This document shows, piece by piece, positions 46,597 through 60,836 of a stretch of DNA of 64,000 nt (within the stretch, counting starts at the first letter, position 1; each line of letters begins with the position of its first letter). The translations under genes and the position numbers were made by a program. A model generated the notes under the pieces. It was not told the origin of the DNA and ran no database searches. It saw only the letters and a program-made list of their open reading frames with translations. The stretch is from Salpingoeca rosetta (taxonomy: Eukaryota; Protista; Choanoflagellata): the NCBI GenBank assembly GCA_033442325.1, contig JAWQFM010000031.1, positions 129,898 through 193,897 on the forward strand, read 5' to 3'.

Positions 46597-48451
46597 CACA
46601 CGCACGCACCGAGAGAGTCCTGGAGGAGGTGGGTGAGCTTGGAGTTGCGGTACGGCACGTGCTTCTGCTTCGACCCGAGGGCGTGGATGACATCGCCAAG
46701 GCAGGACAGCGACTTGTTGATGTTCGTCGCCTCCTTGAAGCGTGCTGCGTTGTCCAGCGCACCAGACTTGGCCACGCGCTCAGACCCGGCAAGGTCAATC
46801 AGGTTCAGCTTGCCGCGCGCTGCCGTGCACACAGGCATGCGTTGTGTGCGTGTGTGTGTGTGTGTGTGTATGTGTGTGTGTGTGTGTGATGTGTGTGTGT
46901 GTGTTTAGGGGGAGCGACGACAAAGCAGAGTAACAAAGTGTCAACAACCAAACAGAGTAGCAGAGACGACACCGCCAACGCAAGCGCTTGTGCTCACTTG
47001 TGACGCCAGTGCTGAGGTTGGTGCCCGTGACAAAGACGATGAGCAGGGCGTGGGAGCGGCTCGAGTGCTGTTGTTCATCATTGTCGTCACCGGTCGCATC
47101 CACAAAACACGTGGAGGCGGCGGGTAGGGGATGATGATAAAGAGGGGGAACACAGGTCGTGAAGCACAAGAGCAAAGGGCAAGGGTGAGTCACACACGCA
47201 CACAAAGAAAACAGAGATGAGCGTCAATCGCACACAACCAACCAACCAACCAAACAACCAACCAACCAAACACACAACCAACCAACCAACCAACCAACCA
47301 ACCAAACAACCAACCAAACAACCAACCAACCAAACAAGACCAGCACGCGTGAAAAGCCGCGCACGGCACCTCGTTCATGTCGGTGGAGCTGGTCGCGCGA
47401 AGCTTCTGCGCCTGCAGGAAGTACTGGCGCACCTCCTCAGCATTGGACACGACGTGCGTGGACAGGCCCTCAACATAGGGGCCCTCCTTGCCGTGCCGAA
47501 CCTGCGGTGGACGGTGTGTGTTGGGAAGAAAAGGGGGTGTGGTGTGGTGAGGTGTTGTCAGGCAGGGGAAGGGGACTTGCACGCATCCGAAAGACTACAA
47601 CGACAACACACAACACAACACAACACAACACAACACAACACAACACAACACAACACAACACAACACAACACAACACAACAAAATAAACACAATACACAAC
47701 ACAACACAACAAAATAAACACAATACACAACACTGCTGGCACGTGCTCACCTCAAGGCCCTTCTTGCTGCGCTTCTCAGCGAGGAGGTCGACAATGGTCT
47801 CGTTGTAAATCTCAAGCACAGACACCTCAATCTCGTAGCTCCAGTCGCCCTTCTTGTCCTCAATCACCTGCAGCGGTGTGCACGGTGCGGTGGGGTGGGG
47901 CGGGGTATTGTGAGCGGTGGATGGTAAGTGATGCGGGAGACAGCAGAGCAAGCATCAAGACAACAGCAGATCCAAAGGGTCATTTCACGACCGTCAAACC
48001 CCCTCCCTTTTCCCTTTCATCATCTGCTGAGCTCATCTCTTGCTGTTCTCTGCAACAATCGACCACCACCACCACCAATCACCACTAACAAACCATGACC
48101 AACCACAACCACCAACAATCACCACCAACAAGCTATCACCAACCACCAATCACCCCCAAATCACCCCCCCCCCCACCCCCAACGTCTTCGCCTCTGTAGT
48201 GGTGCGTGCGACTGACGTCAAAGAGGTGCTGGAGGGCGCGGCGGTTGAGACCGGGGTTGGCATCTGGCCCGTCCATCGTGAACGTCTTGCCAGAGCCCGT
48301 CTGGCCATACGCAAAGATGCACACTGCACCCGTGGCGGCGGTGGCGGTGGTGTGATGGAACGGTAAGAATGTGCAGATGTGGCGCGAAAGATGGACGGGC
48401 AACGAAAGAGAGGAAGGCGCCGATCAGACCACACAAAATACCACACGCACA

Positions 48452-48485
<34 letters not shown>

Positions 48486-51400
48486 CGGACCGTTGAAGCC
48501 GTCGATGCAGGAGACGATGACGTCCTTTGCGGCCTCAAACACGTCCTCCTGCTTGCTCTCCGGCGAAAACACGTGGTCAAGCTCAAACGTGCTCGTCTTG
48601 CCCTGGCGTGAAAGAACGGAGGTGATAAAGAGAGGAGAAGGTTGTGAGAGTCAGGGTGAGTGTGAGTGTGAGTGTTCAGCAGGGAGTTTGTACGAAATGT
48701 TACCTAGCCTTCATTGCTTGTAAGCAAACGAGGAAGCGCATCCACATACGTACAGATACACGTCATCATCATCACCATCATCATCACCACCATCATCATC
48801 ATCATCATCATCTTCTTCTTCTTCTTCTTCTTCTTCTTCTTCTTCTTCTTCTTCTTCTTCTTCTTCTTCTTCTTCTTCTTCTTCTTCTTCTTCTTCTTCT
48901 TCATCATCATCTTCAATTACAAAGTGGTGTGGTTGTGGCGCGGTGGTGGCGTTGGTGTCGTACCTTCCTGTCGACCTTGATGAGCTGGTCGTCCGTCTGG
49001 TCCGTGCGCACGACAATCTTCACCTTGGACGCGTCCTTGCCATCCTCAGAGATGACGGGGCTGGCGCGGCGGCGGTGGGGTGAGGAGAATGAGGGAGGGT
49101 GAAGGGGTTCAAGTGGTGGTGGTGGTGGTGGGCGATGGCGGGAGCATTCACGCAGTCGACAATAACAAGAACAAGAACAAGAACAAGAACAAGAACAAGA
49201 ACAAGAACAAGAACAAGAACAAGAACAAGAACAAGAACAAGAACAAGAACAAGAACAAGAACAAGAACAAGAACAAGAACAAGAACAACAAGAACAAGAA
49301 CAAGAACAAGAACACCACCACCATCTCACCGGACACGGCCGAAGACGCGGATGTTGCCGCGCAGATCAACGAGCTGGTTATGCAGCTTCTTGCGCAGCGC
49401 CATCTGGGCACACGCAGGGAGCAGAGCAAGGCGGGGGTGGATGGGTGGGAGAGGGAAATCGATTGAGTAAGTCATAGACACACACACACACGCACACAAC
49501 CACCACCACCACCACCACCACCACCACTGTACACCGTTCTTCCTCTCCCCTCTTCCCTCCCAAACGAAAAAATAAAATAAAAAATCCACATCTACACCCC
49601 GCGTGTCTCACCTCCTTGCGGTACTTGCGCAACATCTCCTTGTATTGCTTGTCGACGTCGGCGAGCGTGCGGAGGAGGTCCCGCTTGCACTGCTTCACCG
49701 CGGGCTCAATCTCGCCCTGCAGGTCGCGCACCTCCTTGGACAGCGCCTTGTAGTTCTTCGCCAGGAACGAAATGGCCTCGGCCATAGGCCGCACGCGTTT
49801 AGAAACATCGCCCAGCCTGTCCTTCAGGTCGCGCATGTCGTCTTCTGCACGCTGCTTCAGCTCGGCAATCTCGCTCGCGTGCGCAGCCTTGGCCTGTTGT
49901 GTGGGGGTGAGTGAGTGAGTGAGTTAGTGTGTGTGTGTGTGGGGGGGGGGATATGTGTGGGTATGTCCACGTCACATGTTCTTTTTGTGTCAACGACGAT
50001 CACGACCACCATCACCACCACCAATGCGACGTACGTTCTGGAGGGTGTCTGCGAACTTGTCGCGTTCTGCGCGCATCTGTGCATCAGAATCGCTCTTCAG
50101 ACGGTCGATCTCGTCCTTCACCTCAGCCTGTACGCGAGCGAGTTGGTATGGGGGGGGGGTGAGGGGAGATGGTGAGGGTGTACATGATGAGGGTGTGCAT
50201 GGAGTGTGTGACAACAAGGACACAGAAGCAAACACAAGGAGCGTGGTGCACAAGGTATGTGCATGAGCGTGTGTGTTGTGCCTACCAGCTGCTTCTTGGC
50301 CGTGTCGAGAGCGGTGCGCGTGTCGGCGTGCGCGGCCTTCTCCGCCTTGTGCGACGATTTCTCTGCCGCAAGCTCGCTCGACAGCGACTGCAGCTGCGCC
50401 TGCGCGCTCTTCTGCTCACACGGGGGAGGAAAGCAAGTGGGAAGATGGGGGTGAGGGTGAGGTGAAATGGGTGAGGGAGGGACGCGAAATGGGCGAGGAA
50501 GCGAGGTCGAGTGCAGCATGTACAACAAACAAAACAAACACCCCGAACCTGCACACACACACACAAAGGCAACCACAACATATGCACATGTACACATGTA
50601 CATCCCTCCCCTCCTTGTGTACATACGCGTGCGTACAGACCTGAGAGTCACCGCTCGCCTCGAGTGCGGCCTTCTGGGCGTCGAGCGAGGCCTTGAGGTC
50701 GCTGAACTCCGTCTTGAGGCGCTCGTGCGTCGCCTTCTCCGTCGTCAGCTCCTCTGCCGTCGCGTCCGCCCGCCGCACAGCCTCACGCAGCTTCGTCCTG
50801 ATGCACACGCACGCACACACACACACACACAGAGCAAAAGCAGGTGAGGTAACGACACACAAGCACGGATGTAAGGAACACACACACACACGCATATACG
50901 CATGGGAGGGAGGGTAATGACACACAAGGCGAGGCGTGCAAGGAAGTAGAAAATTCGAGTGAGCGTGTACACGTGCGTATGCGTGTGCATGTACATGTGT
51001 TCTTCCGTCCCTCGCATCCCATGTGTATGTGTGTGTGTGTATGATGGTCTTTCGTCCCCACCTCTCCTGTGAGAGCTCCTCCTGCAGCTGGCGCAGCTCC
51101 TCCGTCAGCCGCTGATCCTTGTCCGCATCAGAGCTCCTGGTGATCACGGCATGATCATGTCAAAAGATACCATGGTGTGATGGTGAGATGGTGTGATGGT
51201 GTGATGGTGAGATGGTGAGATGATGAGATGGATGGGAACCAGCTTCACGTCACAGCGACACACACACACAGGCAGACACCGCAAACACACACACACATGC
51301 ACATTACACAAACACCACCACCGCTAAAAGGCAACGCCAACAGCAGCAAGTGCGACGTACGAGAGTGCCTGGAGCTTTGCTGCCTGGCTCTTGGCTGTGC

Positions 51401-51515
51401 GCAGGTCCTCACGCAGTTCGTCGTTCTTCCGCTGCAGCGCTTCAATCTCGCTTTTGAATTTCGCGGCATCTCCACTGCTCACCCCAGCACTGCTGATGAG
51501 CAGTGTGTGTGTGTG

Positions 51516-51553
<38 letters not shown>

Positions 51554-51977
51554 TACACGTGTGTGTGATGTTGTTGAAAGTGAGTTCATGCATAAGGGGG
51601 AGAGTACGAGGGCAAACACACGCAACAGCCACCTCCAATTCACCAACCAAACGCATCAACATCAACACATCAACACCCCTGGACCAACGCATCAACACGC
51701 CCATCAACTCCGCACACCTCAACTCCTCAACCAACATACCCCGTCTTTGCCTGGAACTCTGCGTCCCTGAGCTTTGAGCGCAGCTCCTGCGCCTCCTTGC
51801 GCAACTGTTCAATCTCCTCATTGTCCAGCGCACTCGGGCCCGCACCCCCGCTCGCCTTGGCAGCCTAGTTGCAGCAGCAGCGGTGGTGGTCATGGTCATG
51901 GAGGGAGGGAGGGAGTTACGTGTGATGCGAAGGCGACAGAAAAAGCAAAAAAAAAAAATCCATCCTCGTCGACCCCG

Positions 51978-52060
<83 letters not shown>

Positions 52061-52643
52061 CCGCACCTTGACGGGGTCAAACTGGTCCTGGAGATCCTTG
52101 ATCTCGGCATCCTTCTCCTCCATGCGCTCGGCGTGCTCGCTCTCCAGCGCAGACAGCTCCTCCTTTGCCAGCTGCAGGTCCGCAGCAAGCAGCTCGGCCT
52201 TCTCAAAGTACTCCCTGCCGCCGTGGTGGTTGTTGTGGTGGGTGTTGTGTTGTTGATGAGAATGTGGTTGTGATGGTGGCGATGATGAGATTGTGGTTGT
52301 GGCGGCAATTGGGAGAGGCACGCCGCGCCCCACACCATGCACACACAGTAGCGCAATCAACGACACTCCGATCTACAGCTCCACCCAGCGAGCACGACTG
52401 ACTTCTTTTCGTTTGTGAGGTCTGTGATCTGGCCAACCATCTTCATAAGGCCCTCCGTCTGCTGCGCGCCGGCCTGCAGGTCCTCCAGCGAAAGCTTCAG
52501 ATTGTCAATCAGATTGTCCTTGTCAAGCAGCTGGGAGTTTTACGGTGATGGTGAGGAGGAGGAGGAGGAGGAGGGGCACATGGTGAGGTCGGGTTGGGGA
52601 GTGGGAGGTGAGACAAACAGGCACACCGTCAAAAGCAAGAAGG

Positions 52644-52680
<37 letters not shown>

Positions 52681-53867
52681 CTCCGATAGTCTACCGGCAG
52701 TCGTGCGAGTCACCATTGAACACATGACCCACACCAATCATCACCCCCTCCTTGCTCTTCTCCTCCATGTCCCTCCTATCTCTTCCTCTTTCGTCCCCAA
52801 CACATCACATCACATCACCCCCAATACCACTGCTTCCTTGCTCCCACACCTTCTTGGCATGTGCCTGCTCGAAGATGGCACGCTGCATGCGGTTGCGCTG
52901 CTCCGACTGGTCCAGCTGCCGCCGCGTGCGCTTCAGGTCTGCCCGCGTCTGCTGCAGCGCTTTGTGCAGCTGATACACGCAAGGGGGGGCAACGCGTTGG
53001 TGGTAGTTGTGGTGTTAGAGAGGGGTTAATAAGTGCACGGTGGACATGGAGGGTGGAGGGAGGGGTGATCCAAGTCGGCTATGCAGGGTGCAAGGCGGCG
53101 GCAAAGGGTCGGGATGGTGGCACCACAGACGCCCGCTCACGCTCACGCACATGAACGCTCACGCATACACGTGTGCTCACGCATACACGTACTACACAAA
53201 CATGCACGACGCAACACTCACCTCTGTCTTCTTCTCGGTCGTGGCCTTGAGCGAGCGCTGCAGGGCGAGGTACTCAACAAAGTTCACGCCTGAAACCAGC
53301 ACAGCGTGGTGGTGGTGGTGGTGCGATGCAGCCAAACGTTGCGTGAGTATGTGCGTGTGCGTGTGTCATAACGCAGGAGGCAGTCGTGCCACAGGTGGAT
53401 CCTCCTGACACGTTCACGGTCACACACACACACACACCGAGCGCAAAGGCTACTCACCGGCCTTGTCGTCATCATCGTCGTCCTCACTCTCTTCCGCACT
53501 GGACTTGTCATCGTCGTCCAGCTCATCGGACTCTGGTTTCGTGGCGTGACATGATGTGGTTGATGAGAGACGAGATGCGTAGTGCGACCAACCGACATGA
53601 CAGTGAACGGCACACAGTAGTATGGGGCTGAACACACACACGGCCAAACAATCAGCATTCGCAGCAGTGTACGCCCACCGCCGTCTGTGCATCTCAGTGA
53701 AGCAAAGCTGCCACCACCACCACGACCACCACCACTCCAGCAGCCCACGAGCCGGGACATCATACACCAAACGCACCGAAGCCAAGTTCCGCTGTCCAGT
53801 CGTCTTCGCGGCTCGCCATCTTCTCGGCAATGTCCGCGCGGTGGACCATGGGACGTCGAAACGCCAT
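45933..53867 (-). CDS. KIFC3: Kinesin-14 (C-terminal motor), KIFC3-like, with long N-terminal coiled coil; multi-exon
   Basis: Neck YRKE|[25 protein letters not shown]; P-loop GQTGSGKT (48306-48283); LEIYNE; MNE|HSSRSH; LIDLAGSER; [12 protein letters not shown]; [18 protein letters not shown]; [14 protein letters not shown]; TAA at 45935-45933. Start ATG 53867 is a best estimate. Confidence 0.9.
49167..49313 (+). repeat. (AAGAAC)n hexanucleotide microsatellite in a kinesin intron; a (TTC)n tract lies in the next intron (~48811-48902)
   Basis: Directly visible; both lie between GT and AG boundaries of the kinesin gene. Confidence 0.9.
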
Positions 53868-54495
53868 CTTTGCCAGCCAAGTCGGTCAAATCAAACACAC
53901 ACACACACGCACAAGATACACAGGCGCACAACACGACGAAACCCTTCTGTCATATACACACCCCGAGCAGCGGCAGCAGCGAGTGACGTGATGACGACGA
54001 TGACGATGTTGGGTGATGGTGATGAGGTGAGGGTGAGTGAGTGTGTGTGAGTGTGTGAGTGTGAGTGAAGTGCCCCAATGCACAAAACATGACTTGCTTT
54101 CCCTCTTACTGCTCCTACTCCTCTTCCACCACTCACTTCTCCCACCACAAGCACCCATGCCAAACCAACCCACCTCACCAACCAGCAACGACACCACACA
54201 CCCCTCGCATCCAGAGAGCAGCAAGCAGCTCCCGTCGCATCCAAACAACACACACCTGCTGGTTTGGTGCTTTGGTTGGTTGGTTGTCGTTGCGACCAAA
54301 ATCAAAGCCAAACAAACTGTCAGGCAGCGAAGATTTTTTTATTTTTGTTGACGTGTTTCGTTTAAGACGCCCGCGATTATTCCGCAGTGCTTGCAGTGGA
54401 TACGGAACGACAACATATACTGTAGTAAGACTGCACAACCGACAACGACGACTGCCACCCACTGCTGCTGAACCTCTTCAACTTGAGACATCAGC

Positions 54496-56116
54496 ATGGC
54501 TCGCTTTGGCTTCGCTGCTGCCGTCATGGTGTCGCTGGCAGCAGTGGCGCTGCTATTGCTGGTGAGCAGAAGGCAGGGTGTATGTGTGAGCATGTGTGTG
54601 CGTGTGAGCGTGAGTATGTGTGTGAGCGTGGGCGTAAGTATGTGTGTGTGAGTGGGTGAGCGTGTGTGTAAGTGTGAGCCTGAGTAGGTATGTGTGGAAG
54701 TACGAGTATGTGTGCGAGTGTGCATTCCTGACGCACAGTCCTGCCATGTCATCACAACATCGACAACATCACCAACGAAAACATCGTGCAGGCGTGCGAG
54801 GCGAACGCCAGCGCTGTTGAGCGCCCAAAGGACGAAAAGGCGCTGAAGAAGCTCCTGCGGACCCGCAACAGCGTGCTCGTGCTTGCCGTCAACAAGAAAT
54901 CGGCCAAGAAGGACCTGCAGCGCGTCCTGGACGACGTTGCAGACGAGATTGTGGGTGTGGGCACCGTCGCCATTGTCGACTGCAGGTGTGTGTCCGTGGC
55001 AGCGTCGTGAGCAGGGACACTGTGTGTCTTCATGGAGGAAGGAGTGGCACCTGAAACATATGACCGCCTGAACCCCCAACATCGCGTGCATGTGTGTGTT
55101 GGGGGATTGCGAAGATCGCGTGGTTCATTCACTGTGGGGTGGCATTCCCGCTTCCTGTGTCTGTGCTGTTTGCGCTTGCAGCACCTCCGAAGGCAAGAAG
55201 ACGTGCCGCAAAATGAAGATGAAGCCATCTCCGTTTGTCCTCAAGCACTACCTGTAAGAAGTTGATGTCACATTGCGCATGGTTGGAGGATGGCCGGGAC
55301 TATTCCTCTATACTTCTCGCGTTGTCTCTCCCTTTCCCTCTCTTTCTTTCTCTCTTGTTGTCTGTGTTTGTCTGTGCCGCGTTTACATGTGCTGATGGGC
55401 TGCAACTTGGTGTTGTCCTGTGTATGCGTGCAGGAAAGGATCGTTCAACAAGGACTACGACCGCAAACTTGCAAAGAAGTCCATTCTTCGCTTCATGCAG
55501 GTGTGCAGATGCAGACATGGACGCGTCAATGTCTGGTGTGGCAGCTGCCTTTGCATGCTTTGTTTGCGGGCGCCATTTCTTTGCTGCTGAGGCAAGTTTT
55601 GGCATCGCACGACCCCAAATGCACACGGCTCATCACCACCAACACCACCACCACCAACACCACCACCATCATCATCATCATCATCACCACCACCATCGTC
55701 GTTGTCTTCACCCGTGTGCGGCAGGATCCAACGGGTGATACGCCATGGGACGAAGTGGATGAAGCGCAGGATGTGCTGCACCTCAACGACAAGGTGACCA
55801 ACACGGGGTGGGTAGGGGTAGTTGCTTGTGTCAGGTGTCTGTGTGTGTGTGTGTGTGCGTGTGTGTCTGTGTGTTTGGGTGTGTGTCTGTGTGTTTGGGT
55901 GTGTGCACTTGTCTACTTCTTCCTCAGTTGTTTCTCATGCGTGTGCGCACTTTTTGTTAATGTCTCTGTGTGTGCGTGGGTGCTCATACACTGCCGTTGC
56001 TTCAGCCACTAACCGATCTCATTGCGCACGTGTTCATCGTGTCAGACCTTTGCCAAGCATCTCCAACGCAAAACAGACATGCTTGTCATGTTTTACGCCC
56101 CATGGTGCGTGTGTGT

Positions 56117-56154
<38 letters not shown>

Positions 56155-57292
56155 GAGTGTGTGTTGTCTGTGTGGTAATGCGTGTCTGTGTTAGAGAGAG
56201 AGTGTGTGTGTGTGTGTGTCTGTGTTTGCATCTATGTGCGCGCGTACACATCTGTGTACAGTTGCTGTGATGTTGCAAGATGTCACATCCTTACTCATGT
56301 GCTCTCGGTCGCCTCATTCACCCTCTCCACCATGTGTCACCATGCCTTCGACCGTGCTGTCTTGTTCACAGGTGCGGCCACTGCAAAGCGCTCAAACCAA
56401 AGTACCAGGAGGCTGCAACCGAGCTCAAGCAGGTGTGAGGGGGAAACGTCGTTGCGTGTGCGCACATGTGTGTGTGTGTGTGTGTGATTGCAGGGAGTGT
56501 TCAACCCTCGATACTGCTTCCGCACGACCACCAATCACCAACGACCCACGACACACACTCACCGACGACCAACCGTGACCACTATCATCATGTGCGCGCG
56601 TGTACATGGGTGTGCATGTGTGTGTACATTGGTGTACATGGGTGTGCATGTGTACATGTGTGTGTGTATACATGTGTGTGTGTGTGTGTTTCAGCTCGGG
56701 GTGAAGCGGCGGCTGGCGGCGCTGGATGCAAACGCGCCCGAGGGACGGATGACGGGCCCGCAGTACGGCGTGAAGGGATTCCCAACCCTCCTCTACTTCG
56801 AGTGAGCACCGACGCAATGCACGCTCTCGCGCACATGCATGAATATGGATTTGGAATGGTGGTGGGTGCGGTGGTGGTGATGGTGGAGCGAATAGGGGAT
56901 GATGGGAGAGGGAGAGGGAGAGTCACGTGCGAGGTGTGAAGCACTGTATACGCTCATACACACACACACACACACACACGCACGCCTACACTTGCTCTCT
57001 CTCTCTCTCTCTCTCTATCTATCTCAATCACTCAATCACGTGTGTGCAGGAACGGTGAGCTGCGTACGGCGTACGAGGGGAAGCGGGAGAAAGACGCCAT
57101 CGTCGCCTTTATGCAAAACCCGGACAAGGCGCCTGCCGCCACTGCCCCTGAACCAGAGACGACATGGGAGGACGAACCGTCCGATGTGGTTCACATCACG
57201 GGACAAAACGCGTTTAGCGAACGCCTTGCGCAGGAGGACAGCGCACTCGTCATGTTTTACGCCCCAGTCAGTCGCCTGCGTGTGTGTGTGTG

Positions 57293-57376
<84 letters not shown>

Positions 57377-57457
57377 GAGCGCACGTTCCTCCTCTTCCTC
57401 CTCCCACCCCTCTCTGCTCCACTTGTTACACCTCATCATGCGTGCCCATGCACTCGG

Positions 57458-57519
<62 letters not shown>

Positions 57520-58636
57520 TGGTGCGGGCACTGCAAAGCGTTCAAGGGTCCGTTCACAGAGGCGGCGGCGGAGGTGAAAGCAAAAGGACACGGCACTCTC
57601 GGTACGATGACGCGACTTTTTTTCCCTCTTGCATGTGGTCACGATGGTGATGTGCATTGACCGCTTTTCGACACCTCGCTGCCCCTTTTACTTGTGTTTC
57701 TTCCTGATGTAAACACCCTTTCAAACACACACACGCACGCACACGCATGTACACGCATGTACACACTCACGCATGTACACACACACACACAAACACTCAC
57801 CCATGTACACACACGCTCTCCCTTACTTCATACAACACGCACACACACACCCATGCAGTTGCTGTTGACTGCACCAAGCCCGAGAACAGGGATGTGTGCG
57901 GCGAATATGACGTGAAGGGGTTCCCAACTGTCAAGCACTTTGTGAAGGGCAGTGTCAACAAGGACTACCCCAACGCACGCACGAAACAGGGCGTGGTGAG
58001 TACAGCCGGGGTGACATGTGTGGGTATGTATTTATGTATGTAGTATGTATGTATGTATGTATGTATGTATGTATGTATGTATGTATGTATGTATGTATGT
58101 ATGGAGTTCGTGTGTGTGTGCGTGTGTGCGTTGTTGTTGTTTTTTTTGTTGTTTTTTTTTTTTTTTTTTTTTTTTCACATCGCACTTACTTCCTTCCCCC
58201 CCCCTGTCCCATTCTTCTGCCTCCCTCGTCAACAGCTCGACTTTATGGCAGATCCAAATGCACCGCCACCGCCACCACCGCCCGCTGAAGTCCCGTGGAG
58301 CGAAACAGACACAGACGTGGTGCATCTCACGGGACCCACATTCGAGGTGATGATGCTGATGTTGTTGATGGTGTTTGCTTGTTTGATTGCTTGCTTGCGT
58401 GCTCAGTTGCGTGTTTGTTCCTGCGCGTGAGCTTAATTGTGGTCGCTCGTTTTGAACGTTTACTCATGATAACGTTTACTCATGTTTGTACTTCACTTTT
58501 AAACACGCATTCCTCAATCATCATTACCACCACCACTGTCACCACCATGACCATCGTCACATTGCATCAGGCCGCAACAAAGAAGAAGAAGCACGCCCTC
58601 GTGTTCTTCTACGCACCGGTACGCTTTCTGCTGTGC

Positions 58637-58735
<99 letters not shown>

Positions 58736-59316
58736 TTCGCGCCATGTTCACCATCACCATCATCGTCACCACCATCATCAATCAATGCATGGCAGTGGTG
58801 CGGGCACTGCAAGCGCGCAAAGCCAGAGATGGACAAGGCGGCAGCCACCCTCAAAGACAACAGAAAGTACGTGGATTGATGCATGTCTGTGTGCTTGTCA
58901 CTGTGCGTATCTGTGTGACTTTTTGAGCTTTCGCAGCCCTCCAACAATTGCACCAATCACACACGCACACACACACACGCACGCACGCACGCACGCACAC
59001 ACATAGGGTAATGTTTGCTGCTGTTGACTGCACGGCGCCAGAGAACGACGATCTGTGCTCCGAGAACGACGTGAGCGGTTTCCCCACCATCAAGTATTTC
59101 AAGTTTGGCAAGGTTAAGGACGAGTACAAGGGTGCGCGCACGGCTGAGGGCTTTGTTGAGTACATGCGTGATCCAGACAACAGACCGCCGCCACCAGCAC
59201 CGCCAAAGCCCTTCTCACAGGAGGCACCACAGGTGACGCGTGTGCTGATTTGGTGGAGCCTTGTTTGGTCGTTGTTGTTTAAGTTGTTGTTGTTGTTTAA
59301 GTTGCTGTTGTTTAGG

Positions 59317-59361
<45 letters not shown>

Positions 59362-60030
59362 CAGTTGCTGTTGTTGTTGTTTAAGTTGCTGTTGTTTATG
59401 TTGTTGTTTATGTTGTTGCTGTTGTTTAAGTTGTTGTTGTTTATGTTGTTGCTGTTGTTGCCCTTGGTTGTCGCTTGAGCGCCTCTGTATTCCTCACTGC
59501 CGCGGCCACCATTGTAAATCCCCCTGTCTCAGGTGGATCACTTGACGGCTGCGAGTTTCGATGATCACATCAAAAGCCACGACCACACCCTCGTCTTCTT
59601 CTTCGCCCCATGTGCGTTTGTACATGTACTTTGTGATTGTGATTAGCGTTGACATTCTGACGTCACAAGAGCCACGCAGCAGCACGTGTCTTGTACTTGC
59701 GTTCACACACACATGTGCACACACACACACACACATGTGCACACACACACACATGTGCACACACAAAACCACACACACAAACACACTCATCGTCACTCCA
59801 ACTCGGTGTGTGTTCAGGGTGCGGGCACTGCAAGAAGGCGAAGCCAGAGGTGGCGGCAGCAGCGGACAGGCTCGCCAGCAAGAACACGCGTACGTTCATG
59901 AGAGAGAGAGAGAGATGTGAGTTGATAAGGAGAAAGGGGCGGTGGTGCTTCTGTGATTGTACTGACGCGTGGAACTCACTGCATCGATTGTCAACAAGCG
60001 ACTGTTCCAACCCATGATTTCACATGTCTC

Positions 60031-60072
<42 letters not shown>

Positions 60073-60415
60073 CAGTTTCGATGGCGGCTGTTGACTGCAC
60101 CGTTGAGACGCCGCTCTGCTCGCGGTTCTCCATCCGCGGATATCCGACCATCAAGCACTTCAAGCGCGGCGACACAGACGGCACAGACTACAGGGTATGT
60201 GTGTGTGTGTACACGTGTGCGTGTGTCTGCATGTGTATCAGTGTTTTGCTGTGCTGTTAAACACTGGATGTTATATTCGCCCCTTCCTTCTTTTCCCTCA
60301 CAAGTCCCGCCGCCGCCCTCCTTCCCTCTTCCCGACTTCAATGAATGCACAGGGCGGCCGGTCTGCGGAGAGCTTTGTCAACTTTCTCCAAAACGCAAAC
60401 AAAGAGGAGCTGTGA
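54496..60415 (+). CDS. PDIA5: Protein disulfide-isomerase A5 (PDIR): non-catalytic b domain + four WCGHC thioredoxin domains + KEEL ER-retention signal
   Basis: Signal peptide MARFGFAAAVMVSLAAVALLL; PDIA5-like KKLLRTRNSVLVL...GTVAIVDC...KKTCRKMK...FNKDYDR...DPTGDTPWDE; four [FY]APWCGHCK motifs after splicing; ends KEEL-TGA (60401-60415). Confidence 0.92.
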
Positions 60416-60836
60416 CAACAAACACACACACACGCGCGGGCGCGCGCAAGCAAGCATGATGGCCATACTCCTCGTGCGTTTGTGTAATCATCGTTCAATT
60501 CATTTCATTTCACATTGCCAACATCTGTTTCCCAATCAACCCCTCAACCGACCAGAGAGTAACAAGCCAATTACACCAAGCAAGCAAGCAAGCAGCACGC
60601 CACACACACATACATGTTATCACACAACACACACACACACACACGCTATCACAATTCAACGTGTCAACAACTCAACAGCCACAACCACATAAACAGACAA
60701 ACGACAATCACAATGGCAACATCGAGTGAAGCAACCACCCAAGCCGCAACCCCGACCCAAATAAACAGCGCGCACATCAATCAAACCCAAAACCACCTTC
60801 AATCAAGCAAAGCAGAGCAGCACAAAACATGGTCCT

